Of a DNA stretch of 64,000 nucleotides, positions 39,101-49,467 are shown piece by piece. Below the pieces are notes generated by a model that was not told the origin of the DNA, did not search any database, and saw nothing but the letters and a program-made list of their open reading frames with translations. Source of the stretch: Somniosus microcephalus (lineage: Eukaryota); NCBI GenBank assembly GCA_052327205.1, contig CM126212.1, positions 238,080,001 to 238,144,000 of the forward strand, written 5' to 3'. Position 1 is the stretch's first letter. Every line of letters begins with the position of its first letter. A program made the position numbers and the translations under genes.

Positions 39101-42100
39101 CGGTACCCCAGTGAGAGTCAGTGTCTGTGGAACTGTACCCCAGTGAGAGTCAGTGTCTGTGGAACTGTACACCAGTGAGAGTCAGTGTCTGTGGAACGGT
39201 ACCCCAGTGAGAGTCAGTGTCTGTGGAACTGTACCCCAGTGAGAGTCAGTGTCTGTGGAACTGTACCCCAGTGAGAGTCAGTGTCTGCGAAAGTGTACCC
39301 CAGTGAGAGTCAGTGTCTGTGGAACTGTACCCCAGTGAGAGTCAGTGTCTGTGGAACTGTACCCCAGTGAGAGTCAGTGTCTGTGGAACTGTACCCCAGT
39401 GAGAGTCAGTCCCTGTGGAACTGTGCCCCAGTGAGAGTCAGTGTCTGTGGAACTGTACCCCAGTGAGAGTCAGTGTCTGTGGAACTGTACCCCAGTGAGA
39501 GTCAGTGTCTGTGGAACTGTACCCCAGTGAGAGTCAGTCCCTGTGGAACTGTACCCCAGTGAGAGTCAGTGTCTGTGGAACTGTACCCCAGTGAGAGTCA
39601 GTGTCTGTGGAACTGTACCCCAGTGAGAGTCAGTGTCTGTGGAACTGTACCCCAGTGAGAGTCAGTGCCTGTGGAACTGTACCCCAGTGAGAGTCAGTGT
39701 CTGTGGAACTGTACCCCAGTGAGAGTCAGTCCCTGTGGAACTGTACCCCAGTGAGAGTCAGTGTCTGTGGAACTGTACCCAGTGAGAGTCAGTGTCTGTG
39801 GAACTGTACCCCAGTGAGAGTCAGTCCCTGTGGAACTGTACCCCAGTGAGAGTCAGTGTCTGTGGAACTGTACCCAGTGAGAGTCAGTGCCTGTGGAACT
39901 GTACCTCTGTGAGAGTCAGTGTCTGTGGAACTGTACCCCAGTGAGAGTCAGTGTCTGTGGAACTGTACCCCAGTGAGAGTCAGTGTCTGTGGAACTGTAC
40001 CCCAGTGAGAGTCAGTGTCTGTGGAACTGTCCCCCAGTGAGAGTCAGTGTCTGTGGAACTGCACCCCAGTGAGAGTCAGTGTCTGTGGAACTGTACCCCA
40101 GTGAGAGTCAGTGTCTGTGGAACTGTACCCCAGTGAGAATCAGTGTCTGTGGAACTGTACCCCAGTGAGAATCAGTGTCTGTGGAACTGTACCCCAGTGA
40201 GAGTCAGTGTCTGTGGAACTGTACCCCAGTGAGAGTCAGTGCCTGTGGAACTGTACCCCAGTGAGAGTCAGTGTCTGTGGAACTGTACCCCAGTGAGAGT
40301 CAGTGTCTGTGGAACTGTACCCCAGTGAGAGTCAGTGCCTGTGGAACTGTACCCCAGTGAGGGTCAGTGTCTGTGGAACTGTACCCCAGTGAGAGTCAGT
40401 GTCTGTGGAACTGTACCCCAGTGAGAGTCAGTGCCTGTGGAACTGTACCCCAGTGAGAGTCTGTGGAACTGCACCCCAGTGAGAGTCAGTGTCTGTGGAA
40501 CTGTACCCCAGTGAGAGTCAGTGTCTGTGGAACTGTACCCCAGTGAGAGTCAGTGCCTGTGGAACTGTACCCCAGTGAGAGTCAGTGCCTGTGGAACTGT
40601 ACCCCAGTGAGAGTCAGTGCCTGTGGAACTGTACCCCAGTGAGAGTCAGTGCCTGTGGAACTGTACCCCAGTGAGAGTCAGTGTCTGTGGAACTGTACCC
40701 CAGTGAGAGTCAGTGTCTGTGGAACTGTACCCCAGTGAGAGTCAGTGTCTGTGGAACTGTACCCCAGTGAGAGTCAGTGTCTGTGGAACTGTACCCCAGT
40801 GAGAGTCAGTGTCTGTGGAACTGTACCCCAGTGAGAGTCAGTGTATGTGGAACTGTACCCCAGTGAGAGTCAGTGTCTGTGGAACGGTACCCCAGTGAGA
40901 GTCAGTGTCTGTGGAACTGTACCCCAGTGAGAGTCAGTGTCTGTGGAACTGTACACCAGTGAGAGTCAGTGTCTGTGGAACGGTACCCCAGTGAGAGTCA
41001 GTGTCTGTGGAACTGTACCCCAGTGAGAGTCAGTGTCTGTGGAACTGTACCCCAGTGAGAGTCAGTGTCTGCGAAAGTGTACCCCAGTGAGAGTCAGTGT
41101 CTGTGGAACTGTACCCCAGTGAGAGTCAGTGTCTGTGGAACTGTACCCCAGTGAGAGTCAGTGTCTGTGGAACTGTACCCCAGTGAGAGTCAGTCCCTGT
41201 GGAACTGTGCCCCAGTGAGAGTCAGTGTCTGTGGAACTGTACCCCAGTGAGAGTCAGTGTCTGTGGAACTGTACCCCAGTGAGAGTCAGTGTCTGTGGAA
41301 CTGTACCCCAGTGAGAGTCAGTCCCTGTGGAACTGTACCCCAGTGAGAGTCAGTGTCTGTGGAACTGTACCCCAGTGAGAGTCAGTCCCTGTGGAACTGT
41401 ACCCCAGTGAGAGTCAGTGTCTGTGGAACTGTACCCAGTGAGAGTCAGTGTCTGTGGAACTGTACCCCAGTGAGAGTCAGTCCCTGTGGAACTGTACCCC
41501 AGTGAGAGTCAGTGTCTGTGGAACTGTACCCAGTGAGAGTCAGTGCCTGTGGAACTGTACCTCTGTGAGAGTCAGTGTCTGTGGAACTGTACCCCAGTGA
41601 GAGTCAGTGTCTGTGGAACTGTACCCCAGTGAGAGTCAGTGCCTGTGGAACTGTACCCCAGTGAGAGTCAGTGCCTGTGGAACTGTACCCCAGTGAGAGT
41701 CAGTGCCTGTGGAACTGTACCCCAGTGAGAGTCAGTGTCTGTGGAACTGTACCCCAGTGAGAGTCAGTGTCTGTGGAACTGTACCCCAGTGAGAGTCAGT
41801 GCCTGTGGAACTGTACCCCAGTGAGAGTCAGTGTCTGTGGAACTGTACCCCAGTGAGAGTCAGTGTCTGTGGAACTGTACCCCAGTGAGAGTCAGTGTCT
41901 GCGGAACTGTACACCAGTGAGAGTCAGTGTCTGTGGAACGGTACCCCAGTGAGAGTCAGTGTCTGTGGAACTGTACCCCAGTGAGAGTCAGTGTCTGTGG
42001 AACTGTACCCCAGTGAGAGTCAGTGTCTGCGAAAGTGTACCCCAGTGAGAGTCAGTGTCTGTGGAACTGTACCCCAGTGAGAGTCAGTGTCTGTGGAACT

Positions 42101-45100
42101 GTACCCCAGTGAGAGTCAGTGTCTGTGGAACTGTACCCCAGTGAGAGTCACTGTCTGTGGAACTGTACCCCAGTGAGAGTCAGTCCCTGTGGAACTGTGC
42201 CCCAGTGAGAGTCAGTCCCTGTGGAACTGTGCCCCAGTGAGAGTCAGTGTCTGTGGAACTGTACCCCAGTGAGAGTCAGTGTCTGTGGAACTGTACCCCA
42301 GTGAGAGTCAGTGTCTGTGGAACTGTACCCCAGTGAGAGTCAGTGTCTGTGGAACTGTACCCCAGTGAGAGTCAGTGTCTGTGGAACTGTATCCCAGTGA
42401 GAGTCAGTGTCTGTGGAACTGTACCCCAGTGCGAGTCAGTGTCTGTGGAATGTACCCCAGTGAGAGTCAGTGTCTGTGGAACTGTACCCCAGTGAGAGTC
42501 AGTGTCTGTGGAACTGTACCCCAGTGAGAGTCAGTGTCTGTGGAACTGTACCCCAGAGAGAGGCAGTGTCTGTGGAACTGTACCCCAGTGAGAGTCAGTG
42601 TCTGTGGAACTGTACCCCAGTGTGAGTCAGTGTCTGTGGAACTGTACCCCAGTGAGAGTCAGTGTCTGTGGAACTGTACCCCAGTGAGAGTCAGTGTCTG
42701 TGGAACTGTACCCCAGTGAGAGTCAGTGTCTGTGGAACTGTACCCCAGTGAGAGACAGTGTCTGTGGAACTGTACCCCAGTGAGAGTCAGTGTCTGTGGA
42801 ACTGTACCCCAGTGAGGGTCAGTGCCTGTGGAACTGTACCCCAGTGAGAGTCAGTGTCTGTGGAACTGTACCCCAGTGAGAGTCAGTGTCTGTGGAACTG
42901 TACCCCAGTGAGAGTCAGTGTCTGTGGAACTGTACCCCAGTGAGAGACAGTGTCTGTGGAACTGTACCCCAGTGAGAGTCAGTGTCTGTGGAACTGTACC
43001 CCAGTGAGAGTCAGTGTCTGTGGAACTGTACCCCAGTGAGAGTCAGTGTCTGTGGAACTGTACCCCAGTGAGAGTCAGTGTCTGTGGAACTGTACCCCAG
43101 TGAGAGTCAGTGTCTGTGGAAATGTACCCCAGTGAGAGTCAGTGCCTGTGGAACTGTACCCCAGTGAGAGTCAATGTCTGTGGAACTGTACCCCAGTGAG
43201 AGTCAGTGTCTGTGGAACTGTACCCCAGTGAGAGTCAGTGTCTGTGGAACTGTACCCCAGTGAGAGTCAGTGTCTGTGGAACTGTACCCCAGTGAGGGTC
43301 AGTGCCTGTGGAACTGTACCCCAGTGAGAGTCAGTGTCTGTGGAACTGTACCCCAGTGAGAGTCAGTGTCTGTGGAACTGTACCCCAGTGAGAGTCAGTG
43401 TCTGTGGAACTGTACCCCAGTGAGAGTCAGTGTCTGTGGAACTGTACCCCAGTGAGAGTCAGTGTCTGTGGAACTGTACCCCAGTGAGAGTCAGTGTCTG
43501 TGGAACTGTACCCCAGTGAGAGTCAGTGTCTGTGGAACTGTACCCCAGTGAGAGTCAGTGTCTGTGGAACTGTACCCCAGTGGGAGTTGAATCTTCTATA
43601 ATAAAGTGTTGCATCAGACTTGCAGTTCACTTTCGTTGCCGCTGCTGCTTTTTGCTGTGTGATTCTGATTTGTCTCTTTTCCTGGCGCAGGCTGTTGATG
43701 CCCATACTCTGCGTGAGGTTTGCACCCGTAACATCTACGACAAGTGTCCCGCCGTTGCTGCTATCGGTAAGTTTAACTCGCTTTCATTGAGCAGTTATTC
43801 CCTGCCCACAGATCACTGCCCGTGGGCTTTTTCAGCTGATTGTGTCGAGCCGTGGGGAGATCGAGGAGAAGCTGTGCTGAAGGGCCGAGGCGTTGGTGTA
43901 GGATGATCACAGGAATGGGTGTTCAGCGTAGGACGGTCACAGGATTGGGAGGTTCAGTGTAGGACGGTCACAGGATTGGGGGGTTCAGTGTCGGACGGTC
44001 ACAGGCTGGGGGGTTCAGTGTAGGATGGTCACAGGATTGGGGGGTTCAGTGTAGGACGGTCACAGGATTTGGGGTTCAGTGTAGGGCGGTCACAGGATTG
44101 GGGGGTTCAGTGTAGGACGGTCACAGGATGGGGGGTTCAGTGTAGGACGGTCACAGGATTGGGGGGTTCAGTGTAGGACAGTCACAGGATTGGGGGTTCA
44201 GTGTAGGACGGTCACAGGATTGGGGGTTCAGTGTAGGACGGTCACAGGATTGGGGGGTTCAGTGTAGGACGGTCACAGGATGGGGGGTTCAGTGTAGGAC
44301 GGTCACAGGATTGGGGGGTTCAGTGTAGGACAGTCACAGGATTGGGGGTTCAGTGTAGGACGGTCACAGGATTGGGGGGTTCAGTGTAGGACAGTCACAG
44401 GATTCGGGGGTTCAGTGTAGGACGGTCACAAGATTGGGGGGTTCAGTGTAGGACAGTCACAGGATTGGGGGTTCAGTGTAGGACGGTCACAGGATTGGGG
44501 GGTTCAGTGTAGGACAGTCACAGGATTCGGGGGTTCAGTGTAGGACGGTCACAGGATTGGGGGGTTCAGTGTAGGACAGTCACAGGATTGGGGGTTCAGT
44601 GTAGGACGGTCACAGGATTGGGGGGTTCAGTGTAGGACAGTCACAGGATTCGGGGGTTCAGTGTAGGACGGTCACAAGATTGGGGAGTTCAGTGTAGGAC
44701 GGTCACAGGATTGGGGGTTCAGTGTAGGACGGTCACAGGATTGGGGGGTTCAGTGTAGGACAGTCACAGGATTCGGGGGTTCAGTGTAGGACGGTCACAA
44801 GATTGGGGAGTTCAGTGTAGGACGGTCACAGGATTGGGGGGTTCAGTGTCGGACGGTCACAGGGTTGAACAGCAGAGTGTTGGTTTTAAACACCTGTTTT
44901 TTTTTGTATTCGTTTATGGGATGTGGGTGTCGCTGGCAAATCCAGCATTTATTGCCCATCCCTAATTGCCCTTGAGATGGTGGTGGTGAGCCGCCGCCTT
45001 GAACCGCTGCAGTCGGCATGGTGAAGGTGCTCCCACAGTGCTGTTAGGTAGGGAGTTCCAGGATTTTGACCCAGCGACGATCAAGGATCGGCGATATACG

Positions 45101-48100
45101 TCTAAGTCAGGATGGTGTGTGACTTGGAGGGGAACTTGGAGGTGGTGGTGTTCCCATGCGCCTGCTGACCTTTTCCATCTCGGTGGAAGAGGTCATAGGT
45201 TTGGGAGGTGCTGCCGAAGAAGCCTTGGCGAGTTGCTGCAGTGCATCTTGTAGATGGTCCACACTGCAGCCACGGTGTTGAGCTCCTTGGGTGTTGTTGG
45301 AGCTGCACTCATCCAGGCATGTGGAGAGTATTCCATCACACTCCTGAATTGTGCCTTGTTGATGGTGGAAAGGCTTTGGGGAGTCAGGAGGTGAGACACT
45401 CGCCGCAGAATACCCAGCCTCTGACCTGCTGTTGTTGTCATAGTATTTATGTGGCTGGTCTGGTTAAGTTTCTGGTCAATGGTGACCCCCAGGATGTTGC
45501 TGGTGGGGGATTCGGCGATGGTAATGCTATTGAATGTCAAGGGGCGGTGGGTAGACTCTTGCTTGTTGGAGATAGTCATTGCCTGGCACTTCTGTGGCAC
45601 GAATGTTACCTGCCACTTATCAGCCCAAGCCTGAACGTCGTCCAGGTCTTGCTGCATGCGGGCATGGACTGCTTCATTATCTGAGGAGTTGTGAATGGCA
45701 CTGAACACTGTGCAGTCATCAGCGAACATCCCCATTTCTGACCTTATGTTGGAGGGAAGGTCATTGATGAAGCAGCTGAAGATGTTTGGGCCTAGGACAC
45801 TGCCCTGAGGAACTCCTGCAGCGATATCCTGGGGCTGTGATAATTGAGCTCCAACAACCATCTTCCTTTGTGCTAGGTATGACTCCAGCCATGGGAGAGT
45901 TTCCCCCGATTCCCATTGACTTCAGTTTTACTAGGGCTCCTTGATACCACACTCGGTCAAATGCTGCTTTGATGTCAAGGGCAGTCACACTCACCTCACC
46001 TCTGGAATTCAGCTCCTTTGTCCATGTTTGGACCAAAGCTGTAATGAGGTCTGGAGCCGAGTGATCTTGGCGGAACCCAAACTGGGCATCAGTGAGCAGG
46101 TTATTGCTAAGTGCCGCTTAACAGCACCGTCGATGACACCTTCCATCACTTTGCTGATGATTGAGAGTGGACTGATGGGGCAGTAATTGGCCGGATTGGA
46201 TTTGTCCTGCTTTTTGTGGACAGGACATACCTGGGCAGTTTTCCACATTGTCGGATAGATGCCAGTGTTGTAGCTGTACTGGAACAGCTTGGCTAGAGGC
46301 GCGGCTAGTTCTGGATCACAAGTCTTCAGCACAATAGCCAGGATGTTGTCGGGGCCCATAGCCTTTGCTGTATCCAGTGTGCTCAGCCGTTTCTTGATAT
46401 CACATGGAGTGAATCGAATTGGCTGAAGACTGGCTTCTGTGATGGTGGGGACCTCAGGAGGAGGCCGATATGGATCATCCACTCTGCACTTCTGGCTGAA
46501 GATGGTTCCAACGCTTCAGCCTTGTCTTTTACACTCACGTGCTGGGCTCCACCATCATTGAGGATGGGGACATTCATGGAGCCTCCTCCTCCTGTTTGTT
46601 GTTTAATGGTCCACCACCATTCACGACTGGATGTGGCAGGACTGCAGAGCTTTGATCTGATCCATTGATTGTGAGATCGCTTAGCCCTGTCTATAGCATG
46701 CTGCTTCTGCTTTTTAGCATGCATGTAGTCCTGTGTTGCAGCTTCCCCAGGTTGGCACCTCATGTTTAGGTACTCCTGGTGCTGCTCCTGATATGCTCTT
46801 CTACACTCCTTATTGAACCAGGGTTGGTCCCCTGGCTTGATGGTAATGGTAGAGTGAGGGATATGCCGGGCCATGAGGTTACAGATTGTGGTGGAATACA
46901 ATTCTGCTGCTGCTGATGGCCCACGGCGCCTCATGGATGCCCAGTTTTGAGCTGCTAGATCTGTTCTGAATCTATCCCATTTAGCACGGTGGTAGTGCCA
47001 CACAACACGATGGAGGGTGTCCTCAGTGTGAAGACGGGACTTTGTCTCCACAATGAGTGTGAGGTGGTCACTGCTACCAATGCTGTCATGGACAGATGCC
47101 TCTGCGACAGGTAGATTGGTGAGGAGGAGGTCAAGTAGGTGTTTCCCTCGTGTTGGTTCTCCCACGGAGGAAGAATGAGGAGAAGAGCAGCAACTATAAG
47201 GAAAATCCTGCAATCCAGGATTTGGTATAGTGGGGATATGGTAGTGTCCCTGTACACAATCCCGGTATCCGGGGTGTCCCTGTACACAATCCCAGTATCC
47301 GGGGATTACCCTGTACACAATCCCGGTATCCGGGGTGTCCCTGTACACAATCCCAGTATCCGGGGATTACCCTGTACACAATCCCGGTATCCGGGGTGTC
47401 CCTGTACACAATCCCAGTATCCGGGGTGTCCCTGTACACAATCCCGGTATCCGGGGTGTCCCTGTACACAATCCCAGTATCTGGGGTGTCCCTGTACACA
47501 ATCCCAGTATCCGGGGATTACCCTGTACACAATCCCGGTATCCGGGGTGTCCCTGTACACAATCCCAGTATCCGGGGTGTCCCTGTATACAATCCCAGTA
47601 TCCGGGGATTACCCTGTACACAATCCCAGTATCCGGGGATTACCCTGTACACAATCCCAGTATCCGGGGATTACCCTGTACACAATCCCAGTATCCGGGG
47701 TGTCCCTGTACACAATCTCAGTATCCGGGGTGTCCCTGTACACAATCTCAGTATCTGGGATGTCCCTGTACACAATCCCAGTATCTGGGGTGTCCCTGTA
47801 CACAATCCCAGTATCCGGGGATTACCCTGTACACAATCCCGGTATCCGGGGTGTCCCTGTACACAATCCCGGTATCCGGGGTGTCCCTGTACACAATCCC
47901 GGTATCCGGGGTGTCCCTGTACACAATCCCAGTATCCGGGGTGTCCCTGTACACAATCCCAGTATCCGGGGATTACCCTGTACACAATCCCAGTATCCGG
48001 GGTGTCCCTGTACACAATCCCAGTATCCGGGGTGTCCCTGTACACAATCCCAGTATCCGGGGTGTCCCTGTACACAATCCCAGTATCCGGGGATTACCCT

Positions 48101-48953
48101 GTACACAATCCCGGTATCCGGGGTGTCCCTGTACACAATCCCGGTATCCGGGGTGTCCCTGTACACAATCCCGGTATCCGGGGTGTCCCTGTACACAATC
48201 CCAGTATCCGGGGATTACCCTGTACACAATCCCAGTATCCGGGGTGTCCCTGTACACAATCCCAGTATCCGGGGTGTCCCTGTACACAATCCCAGTATCC
48301 GGGGTGTCCCTGTACACAATCCCAGTATCCGGGGTGTCCCTGTACACAATCCCAGTATCCGGGGATTACCCTGTACACAATCCCAGTATCCGGGGTGTCC
48401 CTGTACACAATCTCAGTATCCGGGGTGTCCCTGTACACAATCCCAGTATCCGGGGTGTCCCTGTACACAATTCCAGTATCCGGGGTGTCCCTGTACACAA
48501 TCCCAGTATCCGGGGTGTCCCTGTACACAGTCCCAGTATCCGGGGTGTCCCTGTACACAGTCCCGGTGTCTGGGTCGGTGCAGTGACTGGGTCAGTGCAG
48601 TGAGGGCTCGCTCTTCCATCTCCCTCCCTCCTTCACCGATAACTCCCCTCTCAATTCCTGATTTTGCTCGAGTCAGCACATTGTGGGAGAATCACGCATA
48701 CCCCACGTGGCTCTCGAACACAGAGGTGCCCAGTTCTATCAGTGTGTGTTTGTAACCAGAATCAGAGACCGATACAGCACAGTGATGACGAGCTCTCCTG
48801 TATTACACCTTGTTCGTATTGACACCACCTTCCCTGACGGTGCCACACTCTGTATTCTTTCACTGACTGACCTTTTTCTCTCTGACAGGTCCAATTGAGC
48901 AACTACCGGATTACAACCGGATCCGGAGCGCCATGTACTGGCTGCGTCTATGA
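15108..48953 (+). CDS. UQCRC1: Cytochrome b-c1 complex subunit 1 (core protein I), complete 13-exon gene, 1428-nt CDS, 475 aa
   Basis: All exons GT-AG with consistent phases; exon sizes 54/141/87/130/199/80/116/144/161/86/89/76/65; M16 peptidase-family motifs; C-terminus [21 protein letters not shown]. Confidence 0.96.
15345..15897. repeat. ~33-38-bp minisatellite with variable poly-C run, UQCRC1 intron 1
   Basis: Unit CCCGACCCGCGGCCTCTGA(C)nGGGG. Confidence 0.9.
16195..16375. repeat. Short G-rich tandem repeat (GAGAGAGACCACGGGGGGGTGGGG) before exon 2
   Basis: About 5-6 degenerate units. Confidence 0.75.
16410..16550 (+). CDS. UQCRC1: UQCRC1 exon 2
   Basis: [47 protein letters not shown]; TTTAG/GTGAGT. 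Confidence 0.95.
16655..17490 (+). mobile_element. CR1-group LINE (second family) 3' fragment in intron 2
   Basis: Highly similar to 5640-6083 plus 11335-11750, including the tail. Confidence 0.88.
17985..18071 (+). CDS. UQCRC1: UQCRC1 exon 3
   Basis: [29 protein letters not shown]; GTAG/GTATGA. Confidence 0.95.
18081..19170. repeat. 25/29-bp CpG-rich minisatellite, start of intron 3
   Basis: Unit GGGTCCTCGT(GCCT)GCCGTGTGCGGGTCC; first ~6 units 25 bp, remainder 29 bp. Confidence 0.92.
19487..19909 (+). mobile_element. tRNA-derived SINE sharing its 3' tail with the second CR1-group LINE (SlmI/MetaSINE-like)
   Basis: A box TGGTAGCGTAGTGG, B box GAGTTCAAATCCC, central CTGGTTCACTAAT..TTTAGGG..GGAAACCTGCCGTC, tail matching 11635-11745. 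Confidence 0.75.
20300..21340. repeat. 33-bp minisatellite expanded inside the DeuSINE
   Basis: Unit CCCCTCCGACAGTGC(A/G)GC(A/G)CTCCCTCAGTACTG; single-copy version at 63575-63608. Confidence 0.9.
21810..21909 (-). mobile_element. Short Penelope-like terminal-repeat fragment with hammerhead-ribozyme core relic, 10-bp direct-repeat flanks
   Basis: Minus strand TGATGA-A-AGGTC-ATC-GACCT-GAAAC-GTTAAC; CATTAAAATC at 21800-21809 and 21910-21919; related degenerate copy at ~20030-20150. Confidence 0.65.
21925..23995 (+). mobile_element. CR1 3' fragment split by a Harbinger-type insertion
   Basis: CR1 sequence stops at 22121 and resumes at 23655 (AAAGGGTTTAGATAGAGTAAAT). Confidence 0.8.
22122..23654 (-). 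mobile_element. PIF/Harbinger-type DNA transposon derivative with Myb/SANT-like gene remnant
   Basis: GGG..CCC termini, 3-bp AAA duplication, minus-strand [26 protein letters not shown] and [19 protein letters not shown] followed by a GTGAGT donor (exon end 23097). Confidence 0.7.
24201..24330 (+). CDS. UQCRC1: UQCRC1 exon 4
   Basis: [43 protein letters not shown]; TTCAG/GTGCTG. Confidence 0.95.
25076..25320. repeat. ~33-35-bp tandem repeat abutting exon 5 acceptor
   Basis: Unit CTGTTAAACTGGTCACACGCTGCTAGTTACTGC(TC), ~7 copies. Confidence 0.85.
25340..25538 (+). CDS. UQCRC1: UQCRC1 exon 5
   Basis: [42 protein letters not shown]; TGCAG/GTGAGT. Confidence 0.96.
26900..26979 (+). CDS. UQCRC1: UQCRC1 exon 6
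   Basis: [26 protein letters not shown]; TTAAG/GTGAGA. Confidence 0.93.
27005..27500 (+). mobile_element. CR1 3' fragment, intron 6
   Basis: [38 protein letters not shown]. Confidence 0.85.
27561..27676 (+). CDS. UQCRC1: UQCRC1 exon 7
   Basis: [39 protein letters not shown]; CTCAG/GTCAGT. Confidence 0.95.
28130..28760 (+). mobile_element. Internally deleted CR1 fragment, intron 7
   Basis: [12 protein letters not shown] joined to [13 protein letters not shown] and 3' region. Confidence 0.8.
28757..29290. repeat. Tandem amplification of the CR1 3'-terminal segment (26-bp then 42-bp units)
   Basis: Units GAATGGCCGAACAGGCTCGAGGGGCT and ACAGGCTCGAGGGGCTGAATGGCCTCCTCCTGTTCCTGTGTA; compare single CR1 tail at 14240-14300. 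Confidence 0.88.
29328..29471 (+). CDS. UQCRC1: UQCRC1 exon 8
   Basis: [34 protein letters not shown]; TTCAG/GTGAGT. Confidence 0.96.
29680..30055 (+). mobile_element. L2 3' fragment
   Basis: Reverse-complement match to 1833-2310 including TTG tail. Confidence 0.82.
30266..30392. repeat. Two copies of a 67-bp repeat (ACTCTGTATCTAACCCGTGCTGTACCTGCCCTGGGAGTGTTTGATGGGAC..)
   Basis: Direct repeat starting at 30266 and 30333. Confidence 0.8.
30427..30587 (+). CDS. UQCRC1: UQCRC1 exon 9
   Basis: [54 protein letters not shown]; TGCAG/GTGAGT. Confidence 0.96.
30858..32460. repeat. 45/47-bp minisatellite, intron 9
   Basis: Unit GTGTTTGCTGATCTCGCTGGGCGGGTTGGGGAGTTCGTGGAGTCA, ~35 copies. Confidence 0.92.
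32706..32791 (+). CDS. UQCRC1: UQCRC1 exon 10
   Basis: [28 protein letters not shown]; TTCAG/GTAAGA. Confidence 0.96.
32810..33297 (-). mobile_element. CR1 3' fragment, intron 10
   Basis: Minus strand [24 protein letters not shown] plus CR1 tail. Confidence 0.8.
33468..35565 (-). mobile_element. CR1 LINE, 5'-truncated, degenerate RT domain
   Basis: [48 protein letters not shown]; tail at ~33470. Confidence 0.9.
35809..36170. repeat. 40-bp minisatellite (9 copies), intron 10
   Basis: Unit CAGTGCCCACAGACTGTACCCCAATAACAGTACCAGAGGG. Confidence 0.92.
36291..36379 (+). CDS. UQCRC1: UQCRC1 exon 11
   Basis: [30 protein letters not shown]; CACAG/GTACGT. Confidence 0.95.
36517..43582. repeat. 7-kb array of a 32-bp unit (~220 copies) filling intron 11
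   Basis: Unit GTGGAACTGTACCCCAGTGAGAGTCAGTGTCT. Confidence 0.97.
43691..43766 (+). CDS. UQCRC1: UQCRC1 exon 12
   Basis: [25 protein letters not shown]; CGCAG/GTAAGT. Confidence 0.95.
43896..44865. repeat. 30/31-bp minisatellite, intron 12
   Basis: Unit GGTTCAGTGTAGGACGGTCACAGGATTGGG(G), ~31 copies. Confidence 0.92.
44897..47165 (-). mobile_element. CR1-group LINE (second family), longer copy with part of EN domain, intron 12
   Basis: [45 protein letters not shown]; tail and poly-A at ~44897. Confidence 0.9.
47243..48570. repeat. 30/31-bp minisatellite, intron 12
   Basis: Unit GTGTCCCTGTACACAATCCCAGTATCCGGG with GATTACCC variant, ~44 copies. Confidence 0.93.
48889..48953 (+). CDS. UQCRC1: UQCRC1 exon 13 (coding part, TGA stop)
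   Basis: [21 protein letters not shown]; polypyrimidine tract plus ACAG. Confidence 0.96.
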
Positions 48954-49141
48954 GCCAGGTCCAGAAGCAGAGAGGATTGGGGCTGTTCCTACTTTGAGCC
49001 CCTCGGTCTCGGGGGGTCTCATCCCCTCATTGTGTACCGTTTGTTTGGTGGTGTAATTTGAAATGGTGGAAAACTTGTTTGAATTGCAGGAGATTGTTAT
49101 TAAACTGAGACACTGTAACCCAACTGTACAGAACATAAATA

Positions 49142-49159
49142 ATTAAAGGTTCTATTAAA
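49142..49159 (+). terminator. Candidate UQCRC1 polyadenylation signals (two ATTAAA)
   Basis: ATTAAA at 49142 and 49154, ~190 nt after stop. Confidence 0.55.
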
Positions 49160-49467
49160 GCAGACTGTCTACTGATCTCGATGCATTCACTGCAGCAGAA
49201 TTCATTACCACAACTTGATTTGTTTATTGGGGGGAAGGAAATTCGTGTTCCTTAAGCTGGGGTTTGAGAGGGTGGAGGGGAATGCCTGATGGAATACTCC
49301 GACCCAGACCCTGAGTAGAGCGGGACTGAGCGACGTCCCTCACTCTGCATTTTCTGACTGCAGTCTCTGCACTCCAGGAAGGTCACACACTTGCTGGTTG
49401 ACCTCCGTGTAGAGCACGTTCTGGACCAACTGTTGATCACAGAGAGTGCCCACAGATCCTCCTGCAC

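Noticed and set aside
36517-43582. CRISPR array
   Set aside because: Head-to-tail 32-bp units with no unique spacers, no cas genes, vertebrate intron.
47139-48755. 400-540-aa ORFs (YTIPVSG/PCTQSQY repeats)
   Set aside because: 30/31-bp minisatellite within intron 12, open in all three frames.
15108-48953. PMPCB (MPP beta) rather than UQCRC1
   Set aside because: Lacks the intact HxxEH (has NFLEH); [13 protein letters not shown] and the C-terminus are shared by both paralogs, but linkage to NDUFAF3 and IMPDH2 fits UQCRC1.
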